From the NCBI RefSeq assembly GCF_009914755.1, contig NC_060932.1: 64,000 bases of DNA. The stretch is one strand, 5' to 3'. The notes beneath the pieces are model-generated. The model made no database searches, was not told the DNA's origin, and was given only the letters and a program-made list of their open reading frames with translations. This DNA comes from the human T2T-CHM13v2.0 reference genome, Homo sapiens. This document shows positions 40,491-57,210 of this stretch, one piece after another; position 1 is the first letter of the stretch; every line of letters begins with the position of its first letter. The translations under genes and the position numbers were made by a program.

Positions 40491-41002
40491 AGTTATGGGT
40501 TGAACTGTATCTCCCACCCCCGCCCTCCCCTCCCCAAAAGATATGTTGAAATCTTAACCCCCAATACTTTAGAATGTGACCTTATTTGGAAATAAGGTCA
40601 TTGCAGATGTAATTAGTTTAGTGAGGTTGGACGGGTGTGGGCCCCTAACCCAATACAACTGGTGTCCTTATAGGAAGAGGAGAGCACACAGAGACACACA
40701 CAGGGAGAGCACCATGTGAAGACACAGATGGAGACACATACAAAGGGAGTGTCCTGTGAGAGAGAGGCACAAATGGAGGGATGCATCTAAAAGCCAAGGA
40801 ACGTCAAAGATTGCTGGCCATTACCAGAAGCTAAGAAGGGTCAAAGAAGGATTTCCCTATAGGTTTCAGGAGTATGACCCTGTTGAGTGCCTGATTCTAG
40901 ACTTTCCGTCTCCAGAACTGTGAAGCAATAAAATTTCTGTTGTTTTAAGCCATCTAGTTTGTAGTATGGTTTACAGATGCCCCAGCTAGGAAACAAGTAT
41001 AC
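40491..41002 (+). mobile_element. MLT1B-type LTR
   Basis: 'ttatgggttgaactgtatc...gaatgtgaccttatttggaaataaggtc...tccagaactgtga...aatttctgttgttttaagcca'. Confidence 0.85.
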
Positions 41003-41309
41003 CCTGAAAGTCTCTGTGGTCAGCGGAGTGAGTCTGAGCCAGTTGCTTTTCCTTCCTTATCTTTTGGATTGCTGCAGCTGGTTGCAACTTGGGTCTTACT
41101 GATACAGACCAAGCAGAAATAACCTAGCAACTGGATACCCAGCTTAGGCCCAAAGGAGGGTACACAAAGCAGAAGTGTGGGTTCTGAGCCAGGCACCTTC
41201 TCCCCACAGCAGCATGTAAGCATTTAATAATGGGAGGACAGGAGTAAAATGGGGGAAGCGTGGGAAGGCGAATGTGGTGCCCAGATAGTAATATGTAGTG
41301 TATGATATG

Positions 41310-41540
41310 TATAGTGAGTGAGGAAGCACCTGGATTCAGAGTTCCAATCTCAGTTACACCACCTAACTAGCGGTGATCCTTTAAGTTACTTAACCTCTCT
41401 GTGGCTCAGTTGTCTTATCTATAAAATGGGACTAATAATAGTTTCTCCCTCACAGGGCTATTGTGAGGGGTAAGTGACTTAATAACTATAACTTGCATAG
41501 AACGGAGCCCAGTGCATAGTGTGATAATGTTAAACATTAC
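41310..41540 (+). mobile_element. MIR
   Basis: 'aagttacttaacctctctgtggctcagttgtcttatctataaaatggg'. Confidence 0.8.
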
Positions 41541-41917
41541 CTCCACCTTTCCATGTATGCCTTTACAGTTATTCTATCAACTATTCTATGATGCCAATCT
41601 TATTAAGTTATGAGTAGAGAGAGAAACTCAGGCTTAAGAGGTTAAAGGAAATAGGTTAAAGAACATACACAAAATAAAGCAGCTTGGCAATTGGAGATTC
41701 AAACTATGGCAAGAAGGAGCAAGGGAGGACAAAGCAGGAATGTGAGATGAAAGCCAGGAACTTTCTGGTAAGCAGATCAAACTGGAAGCCAGATTACCTG
41801 GCGCCATAGTGCATCCTTTGTTCAGTTCTTCACTGTCCTGATGTCCTAAGTTCTGGTTGATCTGCCATCAATTTGCTGTACAGCCTTCAGTAAGTCACTT
41901 GCATTTCTTAACTTACA

Positions 41918-42135
41918 TCAACGTTTCTCAACCTCAGCACTGTTGATATTTCAGGTCAGGTTATTCTTTATTGTAGGGAGGTGTCCTTTGTATTGTAGAA
42001 GATTTAGTAGCATTTCTGGCCCTTGTACACTAGATACCAATAGCATCTTTCCCACATGATAATAAAAACTGTCCCCAGATACTACCAAATATCCTCCAGA
42101 AGGGAAAATTGTCCCCAGCTGAAAATTATTGACCT
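41918..42135. mobile_element. MER20
   Basis: 'tttctcaacctcagcactgttgatattt...actagataccaatagca...tgtccccagat'. Confidence 0.8.
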
Positions 42136-43368
42136 ACATGATAGGATTAAGTTACCTGTGAAACTGCCTAATTGAGCCATTCTGGGGAGCAAATTTGATA
42201 AATACGTTTTTAATCTTTAAAAAAACACAAAGTATTGCTAATATAAGATATTGTAAGACACATAAAATATTATTTGTTAGATGTCACTTACCACATGCAA
42301 AAAAATGGGTAACAGCTTTCTCCTTTCAAAAAAATTACAACCAAGGAGGGAAGGAAAGAAAAGTATGAATGCAATGAGCATTGTTGAGGCCAAAAGGCTT
42401 AGGAAGAAATTACCCTCAACTGAGTCAATAAGGGGATTTTATAAAGGAAATAGGACATGAGCCACTTATTGAAGGATGGGAACGATTTCTGCAGACAGAA
42501 ATGAAATCTCCCTTAGAGACAGGGAGATACATACAAAGTTATCACACATCAGGAGCCAAGTGAGAAACCAAGAAGAGACTAAGCTGATGAGGACTCCTGA
42601 AATAACTTGTTTTTTCCTCTTCCTAGAAGGCCTTTCCCACTTTCACAAACCCAATCATCCTCGTCCTTCAAGGCTCAGTTCAGATGCTACCTCCTCCAAG
42701 AAGCCTCTTCTGAACTCCCAAATTTGGCAAGATACCGCTTTGCATTGTTCCTCTTTGCTCCCAGTAATAACCCCCATTAGTTTCTCTTATAGGGCTGCCA
42801 TTGGCAGTAGGGTGGGTTGGTTCTTCATTGACTAATTGGATTGTTTTATGCACTGTAGAAAGTTAAGTATTCTTAACTTTCACTCCCTAAATATCAATGA
42901 TATTCCTTATCATCGTGATGACCAAAAATCTCCATGACACTATCCCAAATATCTCTAAGTAGCAATAAAAACCATATCGCAGTGAAAACTACATCTTAAT
43001 ACTTAATATATTTTGCCTGAAACCATGCGCCTGTCTCCTCCTGTCGACAGTAAGCCCCTGGAGGACAGATTGTTAATCTCAATCATATCTGCATCACTAG
43101 GACCTACTCCAGTTCCTAGTTTACAACTGGTATTTGATAAATATTCAGTGATCTATCAAAGCCTAGATTTTATCTAGGGGAAAATTGTGAATTCAGAATT
43201 GGAACATAAATTGGGGCCAGATTGTAAACAACTTTGAATATGCTAAGAAACATTAGTTTTATTCTATTAGGTGAAATCATATGAAGTTATCATTTTTGTA
43301 AGTCAAAATGGTCGATTTTCAGCAGCTGCATATAACCTTTCCTAATGTAAGCCAGTATAATTTTTTAA

Positions 43369-45679
<2,311 letters not shown>

Positions 45680-45962
45680 TTGAAACATTTTTCTGGCTTA
45701 AATACCTACCTTTGGTCTTATCCTAATTAGGCACCAATATTCATGCAATAATAGATTATATGCAGTAATTTTTTAATTAAATCATTAAAATAATTTTGAT
45801 CCTTAACAATTAATGATCATTTACTCACCCCCTAACAATATATTATGTGCTACAAGTAGAGACAGGTACTGCTGTAGGAAACTGTGCCGTAAGCAATGGG
45901 GATGGATCCACTGCAGTCTGAGGATAATAGTGTAATAATGAAATAAGGGAGGGGAGTGTTTT

Positions 45963-46110
45963 TAAAAGAAGGGGGAAGAAGAGAGGAGGAAGAAACTACA
46001 GAGAAGAAGGAAAACGTGGAGAAAAAAGAGAAGGAAAAAGAGAAGGAAAAATAACAACAAAGTAGGAAGAGAAAAGAGAAGAAACAGAGGGAAGAAAAGG
46101 CAGTAGGAGA
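45963..46110 (+). repeat. GA-rich low complexity
   Basis: Direct inspection. Confidence 0.8.
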
Positions 46111-46539
46111 TGATTACTATGAGCTCAAATTTGTTTCTCCCTTTGTTCCCAAGTTCCACTCCAATGCTGCAGTACAATCAGCTCAGAGCCTGATTATCAT
46201 GGCTGACATAGCCTAGCGCCTGCTTATTTTTAGATGAAATTAATCATTTTCATGTGTTATTTTTGGTTTAGATAATAGCTCGAGTACACAGCAGCTTCTT
46301 CATTAGCTGCCAACAAGAATGTAAACAAGGTTGCATCTCTCCTTGGCAGGTTCTATATTCAGCTCTGCCATGAAGAAGCTGCGTTCCTACAGAAACTGAG
46401 AAACTGCTTCTCCTGCAGCCCGTGAGAGATTGCAGAGAGGGGCTTAGGCAGTCATAAGAGTAGCTGGATGGAAGGGAGCTGGAACTGCTTTGATTCCAAT
46501 GCTCTCTTTGTTCAGTTTCTTTTAAGTCAGGAACTATTT

Positions 46540-46733
46540 GTCAGTATTATTGGCATTTGCACTGGATCATTCTTTGTTGGGGCCGGGGGCACTTTCCTGC
46601 ACTTTGCAGATGTTTAGCAGCCTCTAGACAATAGATGCCAATAACATCCCCACCCTCACCCAAAAATGTCTCCAGACATGGACAAATGCCCCCTGGGGAG
46701 ATACTCCAAGACACCCCCAGTTGAGAGCCACTG
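46540..46733. mobile_element. MER20
   Basis: 'aaaaatgtctccagacatggacaaatgccccctgggg...cccagttgagagccactg'. Confidence 0.8.
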
Positions 46734-47827
46734 ATTTCAATCAATAAAATGAAACCGTAATCGAGTAACCCAAATTACGGTGGAACAGACTCCCAACCAC
46801 TGTACTGCAGAAATTAAAATTTCCAGGGCTGTCTTGTATATGTGAAAGAACAGAATGCTCATATTTGTCTCCTCCTGCCTCCGGGTTGCTACTGGGGATC
46901 CTTGAGAGACAACTGCTCCAGTGGGCACAGACTCCAAGCTTTCCACTGGTAGCCACAGCTGCTACTGCCCTGTCTGGCCTTGGAAGATTCCTCAGCTCAC
47001 TCCTTCCTTGCTTCATACCAGGCATGCACCATGTCTTCCTCTTTAACTCCACACAGCAGAAGAGAGAACCAAATGTAATTGTTTCTTAAGTTTTTTTTTA
47101 AAGGCTCAGGGACACTAACAACAGGATAACCATGATCTCTACTCTGGCCTTCCCTGGCCAGCGCTGGGCTGGCTTGTCATCGCACTCCTAGCTTCTCTCC
47201 ATGGGGCCAGACATAGCATGCTCTTTCCACTGAAATCTGTCTAGTTAAATCCATTGCATTTAAACGCAGCCAAACCATGACTGCTCCTTGCACCCAATAC
47301 CCACAAAAGAAGGCATTTTTCTCAGAGTCCAGAATCACACTCACTTCCCAAGTCCTCACTTGCCACTCCAGGACTCACCTCCTCCCAGGATGACTGCAAA
47401 TTGGAATATACATAAATTTCTGCTCTTATCCACAGGAGTGTATCTCAATGTTGCATTTTCAGAAAGATAATCACCCAATAGGCTGATATTAGTGCCCCCC
47501 CCCCCAAAACTGGGCACATGGGACACAAATTACTCAGAAAAAGTCCATTTTTCCTTAGTTTCTCCTCATCAAGCCCAAAGGGAAACATCTGAAGACAACT
47601 CTATAAGCCAATGATCATATTAAAACATGAAGAAGTTTCATCAAAACCTAGAGAAAAGCACAAAGCCAAGGCCAAGACAGGAAAGAAGAATTGGTGGCAG
47701 AGGTGAGACAGTAGGGGGAATAACAAAAACAGCCCAGGAGTCAGCCAGATAAAGTTCACAGGGAGCTGGGCAGGAGGGGAACCGCAAGGTGATTTTCAAA
47801 GCAAATGCCCCCCATGGTGGAAAACAG

Positions 47828-48118
<291 letters not shown>

Positions 48119-48597
48119 TCAAGGATGTCAAGGATGAACAGTGCTGAGAGATCAGACTTAGGCCAGGTCAGAGTCTGATCTAAGAAGACTAGAGGAGACC
48201 AGGATCTGATGACTTGATTTTAGAAGATGATCCCAATGTTCCTGGCTGGGCTGCCCTACGATGGTCCCTCTGACAGCTGGCTACTCCGGAAATGTGCCAG
48301 CCATACTACCCTTTAAAAATAAGTACCAACTCCCATTTTCTGTTAAAAAGTTACTCTTAATTTTCCTAACCATAAGGATGGAAAAAAGAAGAACATTGTT
48401 TTCTTGTATTGATTAGGCCAGAGTGAAATGAGAGCTTACTATGAGCACTAAGGTGAAGGCTGGCTGGCATCACCCTGATCCCCAGGCAGCTTGTTCCCTT
48501 GGGACGCCTCTTCAATGACCCTGGGTGTGATTTTAGGACCTACACTCACCCCTGACTTACAGACACAAACGCACACACACTCAGGCATTCAGGCTAA

Positions 48598-49254
<657 letters not shown>

Positions 49255-49654
49255 CCAAGTCAAGGAATTTCTACTTTCCCAGTTTAGACTACTAGTTTCC
49301 ACCTTCTCTGTCCGGTACTGAACGTGAATAAAATATCAAGGGGGAGAGAGCTGCTAATTTTCCTCTGGGACACTTATCCAGTGCTGATGCTGCTGTCTCC
49401 TCCTAGCCACAGCCTTGTGGTTGGTGGTGGTTTTCAGGTAGAATTTCCTAATCCAGATCCAAATATCAGATACAGATAACAGCTTTAAATAGAATCTAAA
49501 AGAAAAGTCAGATTGGGCTATCCCAGTAAGCTTGCCAGTAGAAATAGTGACTCTCACATACTGAAGGCATTCCCTGCAGAAGTAATGATCACCATTAGGT
49601 TGGGAAGGATGGCTGTTTCTACATGTGCCAGGAGTTTTTCCTTCATAGGATGGG

Positions 49655-50327
49655 CTGTTACTCAAGATTCTGTAAGTTTCAAACAATAGAAACACAACGA
49701 GAATTAGTTTATGCAAAAAGACAGGAACTTACCAGTTCCTATAAAACACAGAATGTGGAGAGATGGGTCTAAGCTGTATGATGGGTTTCTGCCAGAGCAA
49801 AAAACCTATCAGGGCTTTCTGTCCTTTCATTTCTCAGCTATGCTTCTATTGATGTGCTGATTTCATCACCTTCTATTGAGATAGGCATCTTCCATGCAAC
49901 ACAGACCATGCCAGAGGCTGATCTAGAAGCACATTCTAAGGTAGAGATGAACACATCTCCTCCTTCAGCTCCTATTTGAAACCATAGAGAGAGATGCTGA
50001 TTGGCCTGGTTTAGGCCATGTGCTCATCCCTGGACAAATCAGAAAAGCCCAGAGTATAGGGCATTATAATTGGCCCAGGCTGAATGGAGCCGTTTAGATC
50101 TACAGTGAGAAAGGCAGAAGCAATCCTTACCTATTAGTATATATGAACAGTTACCGCTCCTATCGAAGCCAGGTACTGTATCCTCTCTTATATACTCAAA
50201 GGTTTTGCATTTCGAATAATCTCATAGGTCTCGTATCAATCGTTCCTCCCTCTTATTAGTGTACATATAGGTGCATACGTCTGAATGTTTGGAAAGGCAG
50301 GGGAAAAAATCAGTATCTCCTACTACA
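49655..50327 (-). mobile_element. MLT1J/K-type LTR containing an anomalous internal block
   Basis: 'ctgattggcctggtttaggccatgtgctcatccctggacaaatca' and MLT-like terminus 'tatctcctactaca'. Confidence 0.5.
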
Positions 50328-50429
50328 GATAAGATCAATAAAGCCCCTTTAAATCTAAGCGAAATTTTCAAAAGTTTCAAAATAGACTTCTAGCTTTTCT
50401 AATTTTGTGTTACATAATTTTTACCTGTT

Positions 50430-51860
50430 AAATCAGCGATTTTTCCCTCTTGTTAGATCATTCTAATTAAAATATAAATATACTGATATATAAATATATC
50501 CTTCTATCTTAAAAGAAAAAAAAAAACTTCCTTAACCTCATGCCCCCCTTCAACAACTGCCTTAGTTTTTTCTCTTTACAAACAAAGTTATTGAGGGTTG
50601 ACTATGCTGTTTCCAACTCTTCACCTCTCTTTCTCTCTTTAACCTGCTTTTATCAGATTTTGTCTCCACCACATCAATAAAACTACTTTTGTGAAGCTCA
50701 TCAACATCCTCCATCTGGCCCAATCCAATGGGCCCCAGTTGACTGACTTCTAAGCCTTATTTGACAATTGTGCACACCTCCCTTTCTGAAACATTTTTTT
50801 CATTTGGCTCTGTGACCACACATTCTTCTAGTTCTGCTTTTGCCTGCCTGGCTACTCCTTCAGAATCTCCTTGGCTGGGTCCTCCTCTTGTTCACAACTT
50901 TTAAATGTAGTAATGTGCTTGGCTTATACGCACTCTGCACTCTCTCTGGGGAAACACATCCATGGCTTTAAATAAAATCCGTGTGCTGACTACTCTAGTT
51001 GAGAACTCTCCCTTGATTATCAGGCTTGTGTTTCCAGCTGTTTATTGAATGCCTTCATTAGCATGCCTAGTGATCTTAAATTTACTAAGGCCAGAGCAGA
51101 GCTTTCCCACCTCCACTTCACATTTGCTTCTCTCCAATCTACTCAATCTCCTTTAATAATAGTACTATTCACTCAGTTGCCCAGCCATCAGCAAGTACTA
51201 TTGATTCTGCCTCCAAGATACATTTTGAGTAGCAGCATTTTTGGCAACCTCCACTGCTACCAGCTGGTGCATGTTACCACCAGATTTCTCCTGGACCACT
51301 GCAAGAGCCTCCTAGCCATCTCCCTGCTTCACCTCTTTCTCCTTGACAGTTCATTCTCCATCCAGCCACAAGAGTGATCTTCTGGAAACACATTTAAATC
51401 ATGTTTCTCTCTTGCTTAATATTGAACAAGCTCTCCACAGTATATTCTGAATTATATTTATCCATGCTTTTATTCCCTTTTACTTCTCCATTCTTTCCTC
51501 TCTGGCATTTTTTCTGTTCCTCCTCCATACCAAGCTTATTCCCTTTTCGGGACCTCTGTTCTGTTTATTCTTTTTAAAAAGTGTGTCCTGTACCACAGTT
51601 CTTTACCCAGCTGTCTTTTTTGCCATTCAAATGTCACTTCTTAGAGAACCTTTCTTCAGCAATTCTTTGTACAACCGGAACACTTAGCTGGTACCTCAGG
51701 AAATCTTTATCCCATAACCATATTTTATTTCCTCGGTAGCACTCTTTTAAATGATGCCATTTATTTATGTAAATATATTTGTGCTTTTCATCTTCCCCCC
51801 CACTGGAGTGTGAACAGGTACCATATCTGTCTTATTCCTTTGGTTTCAACTCATTTGCCT
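50430..51860 (+). mobile_element. Long L2a fragment
   Basis: 'ttttccctcttgttagatcattc...acacctccctttctgaaacatttt...attctgcctccaagataca...ctcctggaccactgcaagagcctcct'. Confidence 0.8.
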
Positions 51861-52109
51861 GTGTGTCCACAACTCTTTGATCAATATCTGGCAATAGTAA
51901 ATTCTAAATAATGCGAAAGAATAAACTTGTGTCTCCCATTGCCCTTTTCATAGTAGATGTACAATAAGTTCTTAAGAAATAGTTGAATAGATAGGATGGT
52001 GGGTGGAAGAGTGGCTGGCTGGCTGGCCGGTTGTGTGGACAGAGGTAAATATGCAAAATCAACCAATTTAATATCTCCCCATTACTTGCAAATATAGGAT
52101 AGTGAGCAG

Positions 52110-52610
52110 GTTATTTAAGTAATCTATAGCTGCATTAACAACCCGCCCAAAATGTCATAGCTTAGAAAAGTAGTTGATTCTGTCTCATAATTCCAGAAGT
52201 TCATTGGGTGATTCTTCGGGTCCACATGGTATTGGCTGGAATGCTGACATGGCTACAGTCATCCAAGGGCTAGGTTGAACAGAAACATTCAAAATGGCTC
52301 ATTCATGTGGCTGTTGTGGCAGAGTTCAGCTGTTCATCTGGGACTGTCAACCAGAAAAACTACACATGTCATCTCCATGTCACTTGGGTTTCTCCTGGCA
52401 TGGCAGGTGGGTTCCGAGGCTTCCCAGAAGTGAGTGTTCTAAGAGATTCAGGCAGACACTGTAAGACTTGTTATGACCTAGCCTTGAAAGTCCCAGGACG
52501 TCATTTCTGCCACATTCTATTAAACAATCACTACTGTCAGCCTAGATGTAAGACTCCACCTCTTGAAGTGAGCAGTGTTGGTGAAGCCATCTTGGAAACT
52601 GTCTACCATA
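52110..52610 (-). mobile_element. MLT1G/H-type LTR
   Basis: 'caaaatggctcattcatgtggctg...ttatgacctagccttgaaagtcc...tttctgccacattctatt...gccatcttgg'. Confidence 0.7.
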
Positions 52611-53274
52611 CCTGTAAAGAGACAGCCCACTGGGTTCTGCAGGGAAATCACATTTATAGATTTTGATTCTTCTGTTCTTTTTATTGAAACCACTTTGGGA
52701 ATATGCATCTATGTGTTTTACTTTCAGCAGATCAGATCTTACTAATCACAACCGAGTAAAGTAACAGACTTTCATAACTCCAGCCTTCATAATTCAGTAG
52801 CTGCATATTCATTATCTGAAAACTCACTCTTCAGAATTCCTTGCATCTTTTTGGTTCCAAAAATACAATCTTGTTTCACTTTCTTTAAAGTAGTCTGTGT
52901 ATTCTAATCAGGGTTCTCTGTTTTTTCCATCGCTATGTTCCTGCCACCTGTTCCCTTTCCGCAACCAAATTTCCTTCTCTTTAGCGCAGATAGGCTGATA
53001 CAGAAAGAAAAGTCAGTTTTAAAATTAAGAGCTAGAAAACAAGATCTGCACAATCAAATGAAGATATAGTCAAGGCAAAATATTAAGAGTTGAACTATTA
53101 AATTAGTGATTGGGTTCTGTTCAGTTAGGATGCTACTGTCTTCCCTTTCAGTGTTTCTCACATAAGTATCATACATGGAGTGACAACAAACAAAAGCGCA
53201 GAACATCCTGCACTTCACCCCTGACGTACAAATCAGAAGCTTAAGGGGCATAGCTGGACCCCTGCATATATGTT

Positions 53275-53511
53275 TTTTTTTTATCATACTTTAAGTTCTA
53301 GGGTACATGTGCATAAAGTGCAGGTTTGTTACATATGTATACATGTGCCATGTTGGTGTGCTGCACCCATTAACTGGTCATTTACATTAGGTATATCTCC
53401 TAATGCTATTCCTCCCCCCTCCCCCCACCCCACAACAGGCCCCTGTGCGTGATGTTCCCCTTCCTGTGTCCAAGTGTTCTCATGTTCAATTCCCACCTAT
53501 GAGTGAGAACA
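53275..53511 (-). mobile_element. Severely truncated L1PA (about PA5), 3'UTR only
   Basis: L1 3'UTR; perfect 18-bp TSD GACCCCTGCATATATGTT (53257-53274, 53512-53529). Confidence 0.92.
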
Positions 53512-54124
53512 GACCCCTGCATATATGTTAAAGATCCACCTAGGTGACTCTGATGTTCTGTCGGCATGCATTCCTTCTTCTAGGTATCAAGATACCACAT
53601 TGCAAAGGAAAACCTAGCTCTTTTGCAATTTTGGTTTATCTCATTAGCACACTTACTATTTTCCCATTGAAGCAGTGACTGGAACTATTGGTTATGTTTC
53701 CCAGTGTGTTTTATATCTCAGTTTCTGGATGAACATATTTGTACAATTATAAAGAAAAAGTAAGAAGAGAGCTTTCAATATGTGAAGATTCACTTCCCAG
53801 GCATCTTTTCAACATTGATCCTAATCTGCAAAAGACATTGACCTCACAAGAAACAATTGCAATCAGGTTCTCACTGAGCTGAGTTTCTTCAAGTACACCC
53901 CTGTAAGTGGGCCACAGCTGCAGCCAGCAGATTTTGCACTTCTCTTGTTCCTGCTGAGGATGAAATGTGCTGAAGCCAATAACCTGGTGAATAATTCATT
54001 TTTCCAAGAAACAATTGCTAAGCCTCAGAATTGCTTTTTACCCAGACAGAGAGCAAATTATTTAACCAATAATAATACTTTCTGTATGTATAGAATCTTG
54101 TAATTTTTAAAATCATTCTCCTAA

Positions 54125-54330
54125 CAATAAGGATAATGACCATAGCTAATATTTATCAAAAGCTTATCATGTGCCAAGTTTTGTGCTATGTCCTTCAACG
54201 TAGATCATCTCATTTAATTTTTGCAACATTCTGAGACAGGTATTGTCATTTTTATCTCTCTTTTTCAGAGGAAGAAACTGAGGCTTATGAAGGTTAAGTA
54301 ACTTTCCCAAGTCCACACAGCATTTAAATC
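54125..54330 (-). mobile_element. MIR
   Basis: 'tttcagaggaagaaactgaggcttatgaaggttaagtaactttcccaag'. Confidence 0.8.
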
Positions 54331-56041
54331 CACATCACAGCCATCATGCTAGACTGCATCCCATTTCTTTATTGATCAGTAGACAGATAGAAGCAGACAT
54401 ATAGACTCATTTGATAATTATGAAAACCCTGGGTGACAAAAAGTATCACATATTAGGGCTACCAAATCAGATAAGAAAATTTAGGCTACAGATTTAAAAC
54501 AACCTGTTCAAGTAACACATTAGCAAGGCAAAATCAGTTTTCTGATCTGAGTCCTGTGGTCCTCCCATAGCCCTGGGGCAACTCTAACAGAATCAAAAAG
54601 ATTTATTTAATTTTTGCCTTGCAGTGTGCATGGGAGTGTGTCAGGGGAAAGGGACCGGATACGGCAGTGTACCGAGCCCTACGATGACATTTTCAGCCAA
54701 GAAGAAGAAGAATGCTTCATCAAATCTCCCATCAGCCCAAGACTAGATTGTACCAAGATTTTGCAATATGAACATAATGTTCTCTACTGTCCAGGATCTA
54801 ATCCTTTTCCATCGGGGAACACATTTGCAAACAATGACTCCTAACTGATGAGGAACAGGATCCAACTGTTACTCCACAAACTAGGACCTTTACACCACAT
54901 TGGAGGCAATAGCCCTGAGGTTAAAGGGCCGTTCCGTGTCTAACCACTGAAGCTCTTGCTTGAAGGAAGGTTTCCCAAAATGAACCCCCAAAGAAACTGA
55001 AAATGGCATGAACGTACATCCTGTTACTCAACACTCCCCGAGTTTCATAACGTGAAGTCAGGAAGAAAAGGTGCCAACATTCCTGAATGTTATTATCATT
55101 AAGGAGCAAACTCTTAATGTTCCCACACTTGAACGTTAAAGAGATGGGATCATTCAGTCTCCTCTTTACTTATGGAATTGCTGCAAAACCATATGGGCTG
55201 AATTAGGCATCCAAGGCTAATGTTTCCTACCATTCCCTCTGGGGGGCCTTTGGGGCTCATCCCAGGCACTTGGCTTTAAAGACAAGGATATCCTATTTGG
55301 AAACACAGTCATGAGCCCTGATATTAATAAGCACTTCCTGACTTCAAAGCATCTTTATAACCATTGCCCTAATTAAATCTCGTAACCTCCCAGAGAGAAT
55401 GCAGGCTTCATCATTTCCACTTTACAAATGGAGAAACTGAGGCAGAGCCCTATGGAATATGAAACCGTATCCCACCTGATTGAGGAACCACTGGAGATTT
55501 TAATCAGTTTCAGATTAAATTACAATGTTAAAGTTTTAATTTTTTATTTTACCATTTGGTGAGATTAAAACAAGGCATTTAATTGTGTATTCTGATGGTT
55601 AAAACCACCAGACCTGGTTGTGTGGCCTTGGCATAGGGATCAAACTTCTCTAAACTTTAATTTCCTCATTGGGAAAAATGAAAATAATAACAGAGTCTAC
55701 CATAATGTTTTTCAGGTTAAATAATGTATGTTAAGTTTCTGGCATGCAAATAAGCACTCAATAAATTGTAGCAGTTTAAGTCAGCTTATTTTCCTTCAGC
55801 TACCCATTCATTCCTTCATTCACTCGTTTCCTAGTATTTATTACAGCCCATTGAGTGCTGAAGGCTGTGCAGTCCACAAAGGATACAGCAGCGAACAAAG
55901 CAGAAAAGGGACTATTTCCTACATATGGAATATATCTTATTTATGATTATAAATTAATTCACACAAAATGTGGGTTATTCCCTATTGATTTTGAACTGAT
56001 CTCACCACTTACTTATAAGGTCTCTTTGATTGTTCTTTCAG

Positions 56042-56169
56042 CTGAACCATCACATTCCTTATACAGAGTGGGACAGCATTGGCTGAGTTCTACTAGCAAA
56101 TGCCGGAGATGTGGTTCCTGTTGGCCTTTTAACTGATGTGATGAAATAAAGTCTTCCATAATTTGACAA
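56042..56169 (+). ncRNA. CASC21: Terminal exon, probable 3' end of CASC21
   Basis: Acceptor 'tctctttgattgttctttcag' (AG 56040-56041); AATAAA at 56145-56150; position agrees with my recalled CASC21 end about 7.8 kb before CCAT2. Confidence 0.65.
56145..56150 (+). terminator. Polyadenylation signal AATAAA
   Basis: Follows the candidate terminal exon; T/GT-rich sequence downstream (~56190-56220). Confidence 0.55.
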
Positions 56170-56829
56170 CTAGTTTATAAGTGGCAGAGTTTGAATTTTT
56201 GTCTCAATGTATGCAGTTGTGGGAATCTGTATTAGATTTCTGTTGCTTGCAGGCACTGTACTGGGCACTGTGGTGAGAAGGAGTGGCAGGAGGAAAGGCT
56301 TAGCCAATGTGGTAAGGCTAACTGAGGCCCTACAGGATCCATAGCATTTTTAAAAGAAATAGTATCAGTAAAAATGTCATTCCAGGGGAGGGCACAGGAT
56401 GAGCAAACCCATGGAGGTTCTGTTCTCTGGAGCTTCTTGCCTGGGGACCTCAATGGTCTCAGCTACTCCAAATTGTCTTCTGCACTCTTCTAATTATATT
56501 TATATGTATTTATATAATGTTTGTGTGCATACGTGTATATATGTGTGTCTAAAATATACATATATATTTTTTCATCAAACAAATGCTTGTTGAATAGTAA
56601 CTAAAAAAGGCATTTATTGAGCTTTTATTCTAGGTCAGAAATGCTGAAGGATGCCCTGACATGTATTAGTACATTTAATCATCCTGAGATTCCTATGTAT
56701 ATAATTATTTTTCTCATTTTACAGAGAAGGAAACAGATGTTTGGAGATATGAAAATTTTGCTTGTGGTTTATAAGTGGCAGAGTTGGAATTTAAAGCCAG
56801 TTGTGGTCACTGTATTCAAACGATCATCA

Positions 56830-57210
<381 letters not shown>

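Noticed and set aside
40577-40600. Hairpin TGACCTTATTT-GG-AAATAAGGTCA with two nuclear-receptor half-sites
   Set aside because: Essentially part of the MLT1 consensus, and the orientation and spacing are not those of an ERE
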